Source: a bacterium (lineage in GTDB: Bacteria > UBA8248). From it: a DNA stretch of 64,000 nt. The DNA lies in contig CBDBBI010000010.1 in the NCBI GenBank assembly GCA_965202625.1, positions 800,001 to 864,000 on the forward strand. The letters run 5' to 3'. Positions 30,760-40,511 of this stretch are shown here, one piece after another. How positions within the stretch are numbered: the stretch's first letter is position 1; each line of letters starts with the position of its first letter. The position numbers and the translations under genes were made by a program. The notes beneath the pieces were generated by a model. That model did not search any database, was not told the origin of the DNA, and saw only the letters and a list, made by a program, of their open reading frames with translations.

Positions 30760-31485
30760 ATGATTTCCAGAATTTTTCGTTTGTGCCTGGCGTTGGCGAC
30801 AGGGGTGATTCTCGCGTTCGCCGGCGCTCCGGATGCCATAGCCAAATGCGGCGGCGAAACCAAAATCGGCAACCTCGTCGCCTTCCTCGATTGCGACCCG
30901 GGCGGCATTTCCTACAAAAAGATCTCCCGGGCGATGGACCAAGACGTGGATAAAATTTGCCGCAGGGCCTGCTCCAACGCCAGAAGCGCCAAATGTCGCA
31001 AGGAATACCTCGGCTTAATTGATCGCCATCAAAGCGCCGTAAAAAGATATGCCCGCAACAAAGGCTGCAAATTCAGGAGCGAATATTTCGAGGGGCAATT
31101 CAAAGAGGCGGGGGGGCGGGCAAAAAGCGCCATGTTTAAAAAATGCAAGACCATCGGCAACTGGAAGAGAGTCGTCTACAAACCCTCCGCCGCGGCCCGC
31201 TCCCACTGTGAATTTCTTATGAAAGACGCCGTCCTTTGTGAAATCAAAATGTGGTGCAATGGCTATTCCGAGTTTCACAAAAAATATGATAAGGATTTCT
31301 CCTTGGTTCTTGATATGACCGTCTCCTGTCTGGCCGATGAGGGCACCCGGGAGTGCCCTTCCGTCAGGGAGTGCGTAGAGAGTGAGCGGGTCGGCGGCCA
31401 AAACTACTCCAAAAACTACAAAAGACTGGGGGTCAAAGGGGAGGTCCTGGAGGAACAAAAGGGGCCTTCCAGCAGATCCAAATAA
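30760..31485 (+). CDS. Secreted cysteine-rich protein, paralog 2
   Basis: Near-identical RBS, signal peptide and N-terminus to paralog 1, same 13 Cys; candidate promoter TTGACG-N18-TATAAG at 30648-30677. Confidence 0.8.
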   Translation: MISRIFRLCLALATGVILAFAGAPDAIAKCGGETKIGNLVAFLDCDPGGISYKKISRAMDQDVDKICRRACSNARSAKCRKEYLGLIDRHQSAVKRYARNKGCKFRSEYFEGQFKEAGGRAKSAMFKKCKTIGNWKRVVYKPSAAARSHCEFLMKDAVLCEIKMWCNGYSEFHKKYDKDFSLVLDMTVSCLADEGTRECPSVRECVESERVGGQNYSKNYKRLGVKGEVLEEQKGPSSRSK

Positions 31486-31546
31486 CCCGTCGAATCGCTC
31501 CATTTAACCACCCGCTTCCACCCCCGCCGGCCGCTTATTAGAAATA

Positions 31547-31663
31547 GACCTCTATCACCTGCGGGGCGTGGTGGACATGGTGATCGCCGAAACCCGGAAG
31601 GGGGTCGCTTGAACGTCGGCCCATCAGGCGCGCGCGGCTGGACGGCAGAGAAAACGTCGCCGC
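31547..31663 (+). repeat. Direct repeat A, copy 2 (partial duplicate of ybdK 3' end)
   Basis: Matches 29237-29394 with a few substitutions and an internal deletion of roughly 35 nt. Confidence 0.9.
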
Positions 31664-31773
31664 AAACGCCAAAGGCGGAGCCTTCCCCCTTTACGCGATG
31701 AGAGGCGAAGCGCCACGTTCGCCTGACCAAAATCACGCTCCTCCATCGCGCGAGAACAAGGGAGCGGATCAAT

Positions 31774-32739
31774 ATGAAACGAAGGGCGCCGAGAAACCGA
31801 ACGCTGATTTGCGGCCCCGAAGAGGTGGCGCGCTTGTCGACCCAAATCCTTCGTGCTGCCGATCTGGCGTCCGGCGAGGATATCAGCGGCAAAATCATTT
31901 GTGGAGACACGTTCGAGATAGCGGAAAGTCTGCCCGAAAGGTTCGTCGATCTGCTCGTTCTGGACCCTCCCTATAACCTGTCCAAAAACTACGGCGGCCG
32001 CCTATTCAGGGAGAAGGACAAGGCGGATTATCAAGAATGGTTTGAGCGCGCCGTTCAGATTCTGAAGCCGACTCTCAAGCCGACGGCGACGGCGTACGTA
32101 TGCTCTGACTGGAAAACGTCCACCCTCATCGCTCCGGTTCTCGAAACGTATTTTCACGTTCGCAACCGCATCACCTGGGAGAGGGAAAAGGGACGCGGAG
32201 CGAAAGCGAACTGGAAGAACAACGCCGAGGACATCTGGTTTTGCACGGTCTCCGACGCATACCATTTCGACGTGAACGCCGTGAAGCTCAAGCGCAAGGT
32301 GCGCGCTCCCTACCGGACGAACGGAAAGCCCAAGGACTGGCGCGAGGAGGAGAGCGGCGACTATCGCCTCACGCATCCCTCCAACGTCTGGACGGATGTG
32401 ACAGTTCCGTTCTGGTCAATGCCCGAGAACACCGACCACCCGACGCAGAAGCCGGAAAAACTCATCGCCAAGCTCGTTCTCGCCAGTTCGAGGGCGGGCG
32501 ACTTCGTGTTCGACCCGTTTCTGGGCAGCGGTGCGACGGCCGCGGTCGCCGAAAAGCTGGGCAGGAATTTTTGCGGAATCGAGATTTCCGAGGAATACTG
32601 CTGCTGGGCACTGAAACGCCTGGAGAGAGCCGCCTCCGCTCCTGAAATTCAAGGATACGCAGGCGGCGTCTTCTGGGAGAGAAACACCCTCGCCGAGCAG
32701 CCCGTGGGCGAGACGCGACAAGAAAAACTTCCGCTATGA
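31774..32739 (+). CDS. Site-specific DNA methyltransferase (N6A/N4C, beta class)
   Basis: LDPPY, HPTQKP, DPFLGSG in beta order. Confidence 0.93.
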   Translation: MKRRAPRNRTLICGPEEVARLSTQILRAADLASGEDISGKIICGDTFEIAESLPERFVDLLVLDPPYNLSKNYGGRLFREKDKADYQEWFERAVQILKPTLKPTATAYVCSDWKTSTLIAPVLETYFHVRNRITWEREKGRGAKANWKNNAEDIWFCTVSDAYHFDVNAVKLKRKVRAPYRTNGKPKDWREEESGDYRLTHPSNVWTDVTVPFWSMPENTDHPTQKPEKLIAKLVLASSRAGDFVFDPFLGSGATAAVAEKLGRNFCGIEISEEYCCWALKRLERAASAPEIQGYAGGVFWERNTLAEQPVGETRQEKLPL

Positions 32740-33407
32740 AGTCGTCTTTTTATTACGACGGCCACTATCGGAAGGTGGCCGAGAAAATTAAGGGCTACGT
32801 CAACGCTTCACCCGATTTTCTTTCTCCTCAGACCGCTGGCAGCACGAGGGCTACCGGAGACGCAATAGAATCTCTGATTTCAGAAAAATTCAATGCGTTT
32901 TTGGAGGATTGGTGTGCTGAATACTCCAGCGACTTCGCGCGCAGGGCAATGGCCGACCTCGCCTTCACCGACAAGGAAGGCTTTTATTCCGTCGTTGACG
33001 TAAAGACACACAGGGAAGATACGAAATTCAATATGCCGAATCTGACATCGGTGGAGCGATTGACGAGGTTTTATGAATCGGATATGAACGTTTTTTCTCT
33101 CATCATGGTCAAATATGCCATGGACGAAACCCGTTTGAGAGCAACGGAAGTCCTTTTTTCTCCTATCGAATACCTAGACTGGGATTGTCTCACCGTCGGG
33201 GCGTTGGGATGGGGACAGATTCAAATAGCCAACTCCAACTACATCAAGATAAACGGTGGATACTCGCGCAAGAAATGGATGCTTCAGCTTTGCGACGCAA
33301 TGCTTGATTTCTACCCAAAAGAAATTCAAAAGATCAAAAACCGCATAGGAAGGTTCGATGACGTGAAAACCCATTGGGAATCGAGAGAGGATATTTGGGA
33401 CGGATAA
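32736..33407 (+). CDS. Probable type II restriction endonuclease
   Basis: ATGA overlap with the MTase, lower GC, ADLAF...VVDVKT PD-(D/E)xK-like motif. Confidence 0.72.
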   Translation: MKSSFYYDGHYRKVAEKIKGYVNASPDFLSPQTAGSTRATGDAIESLISEKFNAFLEDWCAEYSSDFARRAMADLAFTDKEGFYSVVDVKTHREDTKFNMPNLTSVERLTRFYESDMNVFSLIMVKYAMDETRLRATEVLFSPIEYLDWDCLTVGALGWGQIQIANSNYIKINGGYSRKKWMLQLCDAMLDFYPKEIQKIKNRIGRFDDVKTHWESREDIWDG

Positions 33408-33444
33408 GCCGCGCCGGATGGCGATAGAATTGCGAGAGGAAAAC

Positions 33445-34272
33445 ATGAAATGGTGGGAGAAACTGGATAAGAAGAAAGGGAGCCGTCCACGCTGCCTGTT
33501 GCTGGTTGACGGTGACCGGAATGCGGTCGCCGAACGCCTGAGACGGCTGGTGGATTATCGAGGCGTGAAGGTTTCGCCTGATGATAAATGGATGCCCTAT
33601 GGCAAGCCTGTCTGCAAGAACGGCTCGGGGGGTAACGATCCAGCGGAAGAGGCACAACTGGACAACGCAAATCCCCTCGTATCGCCCAAGATACAGGAGG
33701 AGCTTCAGACTTGGTGGCTAGTAAACGTGGGAAGAACCACGCCGAACTGGGACATCGCCAGCACCTGCAAAATTATGAATACGCAGGGACTCCTTCTGAT
33801 CGAAGCCAAAGCCCATGAGAAGGAACTGTCCGAATCCGACAAGTCTAGAGCAACTGACTCGGCGAATCGTAAGCAAATCTGCCAGGCGATCAAGGAGGCG
33901 AACGCCGGGCTCGGGGAATTAACGGAAGATAGGAATGCCTGGAATCTCTCCCGGGATTCTCACTACGAGATGTCGAACAGGTTTGCGTGGTCATGGAAGC
34001 TGGCTTCGCTGTGCATCCCCGTCGTTCTCGTCTATCTCGGATTTCTGAATGCGACGGACATGAAGGATGGACGGTTATTCCATCTACATGGAGATTGGGA
34101 GCGCGCGCTCAAGGAATATAGCAAAGACACAATGGATAATTCGTGTTGGGAAACATCCCTGAACGTCAAAGGGAGGCCCCTCATTCCGCTGATTCGCTCG
34201 ATTGACCAACCTTTCAACCCACGCTGCCCTTCATCCTCTTTTACGGATCAGCCGCGCATCCCGACATTGTGA
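33445..34272 (+). CDS. Hypothetical protein, PD-(D/E)xK nuclease-like
   Basis: PNWDIA...LLLIEAKAH motif; GAGGA RBS before ATG 33445 (alternative start 33418). Confidence 0.62.
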   Translation: MKWWEKLDKKKGSRPRCLLLVDGDRNAVAERLRRLVDYRGVKVSPDDKWMPYGKPVCKNGSGGNDPAEEAQLDNANPLVSPKIQEELQTWWLVNVGRTTPNWDIASTCKIMNTQGLLLIEAKAHEKELSESDKSRATDSANRKQICQAIKEANAGLGELTEDRNAWNLSRDSHYEMSNRFAWSWKLASLCIPVVLVYLGFLNATDMKDGRLFHLHGDWERALKEYSKDTMDNSCWETSLNVKGRPLIPLIRSIDQPFNPRCPSSSFTDQPRIPTL

Positions 34273-34387
34273 GCGCGGCGGACGCAAACGCCCTCGCCCG
34301 CTCTTTCACGGCTTTTTTCGAGCCGCTTATGCCCCGGAAAACGGCCATTTTTCCAAGCCATTCGCAATGATTTTTGTTTGGCTGCAA
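34211..34387 (+). repeat. Overlapping repeat C copy 1 (34211-34261) and repeat B copy 2 (34249-34387)
   Basis: CTTTCAACCCA...GCCCTTCATCCT..TTTACGGATCAGCCGCG recurs at 35508-35559; the B part matches 29482-29662. Confidence 0.85.
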
Positions 34388-34452
34388 CCTGACGAGTCTC
34401 TACTGCGAGCGGTGAACCGTTTTTACGATGAACTCGCTTCACTACGTAGTTT

Positions 34453-35199
34453 TTAATGCACATCAACGTATTTGTAAATCGAAAATAATTCCTTCCCGCC
34501 TATACAGAGTTTGTGAGCGAGGGCAATTTGGCTGCCGCATGATGGCTTCTGTTCGCCACGGACACACTTCACAAATTTCTCGTAATCCTTATAGTTTTTA
34601 TCACCTTTTCCTTTCTCGTATGCGCACGTCCTGAAAACCAGGACGCAGAAAACCGCTATGTCTATCTCTTTTCTTTTCGTCACCGCAACTATTCCCGCCG
34701 TAGCAGTCAGCAACTGATAACGGATGCAGGAAAACTTGGACTCGCCAGGCAGATCCGTATCCAAAAAATACTTCGAGAGCAATTCCTCTACCCGCTCAGG
34801 CGCGTTGGTTGGCTTACCATCGCATCGGTCTTTCTTGGCTTTGCGATACCTTTCGCCCACCGTTTTTCCAAACGCTTCATCAACCTTCGCCTCTAATCCC
34901 ACAAACATCCTCTTTCCGGAGCAAACCCGTCCATATAATCCCAAGTCAAGATTGCTCGGCCCTCTGTAGCAATCAAACTTCGCTTGGTATTCTGGCGTGG
35001 CCCGCTCGAAAGCGACCTTTGGAAATTGAGGCAAAACGGACCCTATATCCGATTCCAGGTCTTCCGCTCCTCCTTTGTTCATCATGTAGTCGGCAAGCGC
35101 GTAGGCACTTCGTCCCTTTTTCCACTGTCCAGCCTTAACGTGACTCTTCCATTCTTCCAGAGTCGAAATCTCATTATCCTCATAATCTAGAATTTTCAT
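34453..35199 (-). CDS. Hypothetical nuclease-like protein (DUF6946-like)
   Basis: QWKKGRSAYALA, NLDL...GLEAKVDEAFG, RYQLLTATAG. Confidence 0.65.
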   Translation of the reverse strand: MKILDYEDNEISTLEEWKSHVKAGQWKKGRSAYALADYMMNKGGAEDLESDIGSVLPQFPKVAFERATPEYQAKFDCYRGPSNLDLGLYGRVCSGKRMFVGLEAKVDEAFGKTVGERYRKAKKDRCDGKPTNAPERVEELLSKYFLDTDLPGESKFSCIRYQLLTATAGIVAVTKRKEIDIAVFCVLVFRTCAYEKGKGDKNYKDYEKFVKCVRGEQKPSCGSQIALAHKLCIGGKELFSIYKYVDVH

Positions 35200-35507
35200 A
35201 TCTTCGCTCCCTACAGGATTGGACGTTCAAAACGCCGCACGGATGATTCCGCAGGGCAGACGCAGACGGGACAAGCTGTCCCCGCATCGTCGCTTTTGGT
35301 CAATTTGTCTTTCTCATTCTCTGACGCATCGACCGGAAAACCGCTGGGCTGACCCGAAGAGGGCATTCAACATGGCATTACGATACCCCTATACGCACCC
35401 CATCCACGCGAAAAATATCATAGCGGGGGCATTGCCTTATCATCCACATGGAGCGGACCGCAACGTAGCGGAATTAGGCATTTCACACGCCGACTGACGC
35501 CCCCCGT

Positions 35508-35559
35508 CTTTCAACCCATACCGCCCTTCATCCTACTTTACGGATCAGCCGCGTATTCC
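35508..35559 (+). repeat. Direct repeat C, copy 2
   Basis: Matches 34211-34261 with several substitutions. Confidence 0.8.
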
Positions 35560-35578
35560 ACTCCTAACGCCCCTTCGT

Positions 35579-35607
35579 TTGACGCACCGCGCGAAACAAA
35601 CTAGATT
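35579..35607 (+). promoter_or_regulatory. Candidate sigma70 promoter of the TRAP operon
   Basis: TTGACG-N17-TAGATT upstream of dctQ. Confidence 0.5.
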
Positions 35608-35682
35608 AGTTTTTATCCACCAGACGACGCAGACGACGGCGAAACGAGCGGCTCTATTTCTCGCAAGACGGGAAAGCGAATC

Positions 35683-36177
35683 GTGCCGAACATTGAGCGA
35701 AATCTCTCATGGGTGCTTCTGCTCTCCCTCACCTTGATGCTCACCGCCCAGGTGATCGCGCGCTACGTATTCTTCACGTCGATCAGCTGGATCGAGGAGT
35801 TCTCGCGCATTGTCTTCATCTGGTTCATCTACCTGACCATCAGCTGGATCATCCTTCAGGGGCGGCACATCCGCGTGAACGCCATCGAGATGATCGCCCC
35901 CGCCTCCTGGGCACGCCCGATAGTCTTTCTGGCCGATTGCCTGTGGATGGCCTTCAACGTTTTGATGACGTATTTCGGCTATCTCTTCGTGCGCAGCGAG
36001 ATCGAGGTCTGGTCGGAGACGGATATCCTGCAGATACCCGAGGCCGCGGTTCACTCGATCATCCCCATTGGGTTCGGGTTGATGACCCTGCGCCTCGCCC
36101 AATACATGTATCGCGTCTATGTGCTGGGCGGGCCCGAGGTGGTCTATGAGGTCGACAAGCAGGAGGAGGAAAGATGA
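35683..36177 (+). CDS. dctQ: TRAP transporter small permease
   Basis: QVIARYVF...WIEEFSR...HIRV; four TM segments. Confidence 0.9.
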   Translation: MPNIERNLSWVLLLSLTLMLTAQVIARYVFFTSISWIEEFSRIVFIWFIYLTISWIILQGRHIRVNAIEMIAPASWARPIVFLADCLWMAFNVLMTYFGYLFVRSEIEVWSETDILQIPEAAVHSIIPIGFGLMTLRLAQYMYRVYVLGGPEVVYEVDKQEEER

Positions 36178-37460
36178 ACGTGCCCCTTCTGCTGCTCGGC
36201 TCCCTCGCCCTGCTCCTATTCATCCGCGTGCCGGTGGGCGCCTCCCTGGGTGCAGCCTCCATCCTCGTCTATTACGCCACCGGTGAGCACTTCGAGAGCC
36301 TGGCGCTCTCTTATTATGACGGGTTGGACAAGTTCCCCTTCATCGCCGTGCCCATGTTTCTGCTGGCCGGCGCGCTGATGGAGAAGGGCGGCATCAGCAG
36401 GCGCCTCATCGCGGTGGCGGATTGCTTCGTGGGCAACGTGCAGGGCGGCCTCGCTCACGTCACCATTCTTGCGTGCATGCTCTTCTCGGCCATATCGGGC
36501 TCCGGCCCAGCCACCACCGCCGCCGTGGGCGGACTCATGATCCCCACCATGCTCAGGCGCCAATACGACAAGAACTACTCGGGCGCCGTCTCCGCCTGCG
36601 GGGGGACGCTCGGCATACTCATTCCTCCGAGCATCACCCTCATCGTCTATGGGGTGAGCGCGGATCAATCCGTCACGCGGCTGTTCATCGCCGGCTTTCT
36701 GCCCGGCATCCTGCTCGGCTGCATGCTCATGTGCTGCGCCACGATCATGGCGCGCTTCATGACGGTGGAATCCGACTCTGAGCCCTTCTCCGTCTCGCGG
36801 ACGCTGCGCACCATCTGGGAGGCGCGCTGGGCGCTCCTTGCTCCGGGCGTCATCATCGGCGGCATCTACGGCGGCTTCGTCACGCCGACGGAGAGCGCCG
36901 TCATCGCCGTCCTCTACGGCTGGGCGGTCGGCACCTTCGTCTACAAGGAGCTCGACTGGCGCAGAACGCGCGAATGCCTGGAAATCGCGGCCCTGGTCAC
37001 AGGCACCATCGCCATCATCTGGGGGGCGTCGCTCGCGTTCGGCGAGCTGATCACCATTCACCAGATTCCCCAGCTGGTCACCGCCTTCATCCAGGAGGTT
37101 ACGACCTCGCCGTTCTTCATCCTCATACTCATCAGCCTGTTTCTCACTTTCGTGGGAATGTGGCTCAACACCATGGCGCAGGTCATCATCCTCACGCCGA
37201 TGTTCCTCCCCGTCATCAAGGCGGCCGGAATAGACCCCATCCACTTCGGCATCGTTTTCGTGGTGAACTGCGAGATTGGCTACCTCACGCCGCCCCTGGG
37301 CACGAGCCTGTTCGTGGCGATGGGCATCGCGGACACGACGCTTGGCGCCATCGCCAAGGCCGTCCTGCCCTTCATCGTGACGATGTTGCTCTGCATTCTC
37401 GTTCTGTCGTATTTCCCCAGCATCTCCCTTGTCCTGCCGAACCTCATCCTCGGCAGATGA
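36174..37460 (+). CDS. dctM: TRAP transporter large permease
   Basis: AVPMFLLAG, FSAISGSG, LIPPSI, TPTESA, IGYLTPPLG. Confidence 0.95.
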   Translation: MNVPLLLLGSLALLLFIRVPVGASLGAASILVYYATGEHFESLALSYYDGLDKFPFIAVPMFLLAGALMEKGGISRRLIAVADCFVGNVQGGLAHVTILACMLFSAISGSGPATTAAVGGLMIPTMLRRQYDKNYSGAVSACGGTLGILIPPSITLIVYGVSADQSVTRLFIAGFLPGILLGCMLMCCATIMARFMTVESDSEPFSVSRTLRTIWEARWALLAPGVIIGGIYGGFVTPTESAVIAVLYGWAVGTFVYKELDWRRTRECLEIAALVTGTIAIIWGASLAFGELITIHQIPQLVTAFIQEVTTSPFFILILISLFLTFVGMWLNTMAQVIILTPMFLPVIKAAGIDPIHFGIVFVVNCEIGYLTPPLGTSLFVAMGIADTTLGAIAKAVLPFIVTMLLCILVLSYFPSISLVLPNLILGR

Positions 37461-37490
37461 GGGGGGCGCCAAGCCAAAAGGAGGCAAACC

Positions 37491-38504
37491 ATGCGACATC
37501 TGAAACGAAGTTTCATGGCGATCGCGGGCGGCGTCCTCGTCGCCGGGCTGCTCGGCTTCACTCTCCCGCAAGCCGAGGCCGCCAAATACGTCATGAGGTT
37601 CGCCCACAACAACCCGCCCAAGCCGCAGCTCCTCTACCAGGCCACGGCCCTCACCATGCGAAAAAACCTCCAGGTCTATTCGAAGGGAGACATCGACATC
37701 CAGATATTCCCCTCCTCCCAGCTCGGCAAAGATCGCGTGGCCGCGAAGAAGGTGCAGCTCGGCTCGGTGCAGATGCAGTTAGTCGCCTCGAACAACATCA
37801 CGGCCTTCGACAGACGTCTTGACATCTTCACCCTGCCCTTCATGTTCAGCAGTTTCAAAGGCGCGGCCAAGGTGTTCAACAGCGACATAGGCAAGACCAT
37901 CGGCGAGAATTTCCGAAAGAAATCGGGCATCCGCGTGCTCGGCTTCGTCGCAACGGGCTTTCGGAACATGATGAACAGCAAACACTCCATCATGAAGCCG
38001 ACGGACCTCGGCGACTTGCGGATGCGAATCGCGAAAAACCCCATCATGGTCGAGACCTACAAATCCCTGGGCGGCAGCACCATCGGCATGGCACCGACCG
38101 AGCTCTTCAGCGCGCTGAGCACCAGGACGGTGGACGGCCACGACGGAGGCTCGAGCTGGGCGTGGGCGATGAAGCTCTACGAGGTGCAGAAATACCTCTC
38201 CATCACCCGGCACCAGCTCGTCGCGGGCGCGCTCATCATGAACGACAAATACTACGAGAATCTGCCCGGGGCCATGCGCAAGGCCGTCCTACTAGCGGCG
38301 CGCGACACCATCGCATGGGCGAACGCCTACGCGGAGGAGGCCGAGAAGGACATCATGAAGGGTTTCGCCGAGAAGGGATTGACCGTCTCCACGCCCGACC
38401 TCAAGCCCTTCCGAAAGGCTGTGCGGCCCGTTCACCAGAAATTCGCCGACAAGGTGGGCGGCATCGACCTCATCAACCGCATACTGAAAATGCAGGAAGG
38501 CTAA
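37491..38504 (+). CDS. dctP: TRAP substrate-binding protein
   Basis: Signal peptide, IFPSSQLG, GFRNM, DLGDLRMRI (conserved carboxylate-binding Arg). Confidence 0.92.
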   Translation: MRHLKRSFMAIAGGVLVAGLLGFTLPQAEAAKYVMRFAHNNPPKPQLLYQATALTMRKNLQVYSKGDIDIQIFPSSQLGKDRVAAKKVQLGSVQMQLVASNNITAFDRRLDIFTLPFMFSSFKGAAKVFNSDIGKTIGENFRKKSGIRVLGFVATGFRNMMNSKHSIMKPTDLGDLRMRIAKNPIMVETYKSLGGSTIGMAPTELFSALSTRTVDGHDGGSSWAWAMKLYEVQKYLSITRHQLVAGALIMNDKYYENLPGAMRKAVLLAARDTIAWANAYAEEAEKDIMKGFAEKGLTVSTPDLKPFRKAVRPVHQKFADKVGGIDLINRILKMQEG

Positions 38505-38557
38505 GCGAAGGAGGGGGCGGGCGGCGTTTTATCTCACGAAGAAAAGAAGGAGCGCGC

Positions 38558-39313
38558 ATGAGAGGCTTTGAGGGACAAAGCGCCATCGTCACGGGCGCGG
38601 CGACGGGAATCGGCGCGTCCACGGCGAGAATTCTCGCGCGCGAGGGGGCGGAGGTCACGCTCATGGACATCGACGCGGACGGCGCGGAGGCGGTCGCGAA
38701 ATCCATCGGCGAGAGCGGCGGAGCGGCCCGCATCGCCGTCGTCAACCTCACCGACTGGGAGGCGACACGCGCGGCCGTGGAGGAGGCACACCGTCGGACA
38801 GGGCGGATGGACGTCCTCGTTCACAGCGCGGGCGGCTTTCCCCGCTACGTGAGCCTGCTCGATTGCCCGGTCGAAGCGTGGGACGGCGTAGTGGACTCAA
38901 ACCTCAAGTCGATGTTCTACCTCCTCAAAGCCGTCGCCCCCCTCATGGCGGCGGCACGCTACGGGCGGTTCGTCACCCTCTCGAGCATGGCCGCGCGCAG
39001 CGGCGTGAACCCCAATCCGCCGCATTACACGGCCGCCAAGGCGGGGGTGCTGGGACTCACACGCCAGGCGGCGCGCGAGCTCGGGCCGCACGGCGTCACC
39101 GTCAACGCCGTGGCGCCGGCCAACGTGCGAACGCCGAGAACCCTCGCCATCCGCAAGCCCGAGCGCATCGCCCACATTGAGCACTCCTCCCCTGTGGGCA
39201 GGCTCTCCGAACCCGTCGAGATAGCGGAGGCGGTCGTCTTTCTCTGCCGAAAGGAGGCGGCCTATATCACCGGCGCCACCCTGGACGTGAACGGCGGCGC
39301 GACGATGATCTGA
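38558..39313 (+). CDS. SDR family oxidoreductase
   Basis: TGAATGIG, YTAAK catalytic motif, VNAVAP, YITGATLDVNGG. Confidence 0.92.
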   Translation: MRGFEGQSAIVTGAATGIGASTARILAREGAEVTLMDIDADGAEAVAKSIGESGGAARIAVVNLTDWEATRAAVEEAHRRTGRMDVLVHSAGGFPRYVSLLDCPVEAWDGVVDSNLKSMFYLLKAVAPLMAAARYGRFVTLSSMAARSGVNPNPPHYTAAKAGVLGLTRQAARELGPHGVTVNAVAPANVRTPRTLAIRKPERIAHIEHSSPVGRLSEPVEIAEAVVFLCRKEAAYITGATLDVNGGATMI

Positions 39314-39464
39314 AACGCTCCCTCACTCCGCACCTGTCGAGACGGCGGTTGCGCACGTGGACGGCAGGGAGGGACGCGCCTCCGCCCGCTTTGGGAACGC
39401 GAAAATGCGATTTTCAGCCGATGGACGTCCGCTGGCAGAGGCTCGGCGCGCGTTCCCCTGCGCG

Positions 39465-40364
39465 TCAGGCGGTTTTGAGCGCCTCGCGCACGAGGGGAAC
39501 GATTTCAGAAAATTTCTCCGCCACGAGGACGCCAGCTTCTCTCAGCAGCCTCTTTTTGAGCGAGGGCGCGCCGCGTCCCTTACTCATGAGCGCGCCGGTG
39601 TGGCTCACGCTGGCCGGCGTGGGTGAAGTTTCCCAGAACGCGCCGGGCACCATGGCCACCACGGGTTTCGTGAACCCGCCCGAGGCGATGAAGCGGGCCG
39701 CCTCTTCCTCCCTGTCCGTGCCGGGCTCTCCGAACATGACGACGGCACGGGTCTCGGGGTCCTCCTCGAACAGCGTGAGCATCTCAACGAACGACGCGCC
39801 GATGAGCAGGTCGCCCCCCAGTGCCACGTAGGTGCTCTGGCCGATTCCCGCCCGCGTCAAAAAAAGGCAAATCTCCGCGCCCATTCCTCCGCTTCGGCTC
39901 ACCACGCCCACGGGGCCAGGGCGAAACATGAGGTCCGGCGTCTCGCCCCCCGTGCCGCCGAGTTTCGACTTGCCCGGACTCACCATGCCCTGGCTGTTGG
40001 GGCCGATGACGAAGACGCCCCTTTGCGCCGCGCGCGTCAGTAGCGCACAGGCGTCATGATGCGGAACGCCCTCGGCGAGAACGTGGAGGGTGGGCACGCC
40101 CGCCTCGATAGCCTCCAGGGCGGCGGCGCGTACGAAGCGCGCCGGAACAAAAAGTACGGAGAGGTCCACCTCGTGCGCGCGTAGGGCGTCGGCCACCGCG
40201 TCGTAGATCGGAACGTCCCCGACCCGGGCGCCTCCCCTCCCCGGAGACACGCCCGCCACCACGCGGGTGCCGTAAGCCGTCATGGTGGGCAGCAGCCGCC
40301 GCGCCTCTCCTCCCGTCGCTCCCTGCACGAGCACCCGGGTTTCGGAATCCAGCAGAATGCTCAT
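39465..40364 (-). CDS. SucD-like CoA-binding alpha subunit of an ADP-forming CoA ligase
   Basis: VLVQGATG, IGPNSQG, VVSRSGG, FGEPG, phospho-His motif SHTGA. Confidence 0.88.
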   Translation of the reverse strand: MSILLDSETRVLVQGATGGEARRLLPTMTAYGTRVVAGVSPGRGGARVGDVPIYDAVADALRAHEVDLSVLFVPARFVRAAALEAIEAGVPTLHVLAEGVPHHDACALLTRAAQRGVFVIGPNSQGMVSPGKSKLGGTGGETPDLMFRPGPVGVVSRSGGMGAEICLFLTRAGIGQSTYVALGGDLLIGASFVEMLTLFEEDPETRAVVMFGEPGTDREEEAARFIASGGFTKPVVAMVPGAFWETSPTPASVSHTGALMSKGRGAPSLKKRLLREAGVLVAEKFSEIVPLVREALKTA

Positions 40365-40511
40365 TCGCCTCTCCCCAAAAATCGCCCTCGCGCGAGGGCG
40401 GCTCGGCGGCGGCACCCCGCCAAACTCCCGATGCGCTTCACAATTCGGATAATTCCAACGGCTGCTTCAGCGAGTCGAACGATCATGGCGATCGCGCCCA
40501 TGACGCGCCAT

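Noticed and set aside
29237-35559. Repeats interpreted as a CRISPR array or integron attC sites
   Set aside because: Irregular kb-scale spacing, different repeat units, no cas or intI gene, and no RYYYAAC/GTTRRRY palindromic structure.
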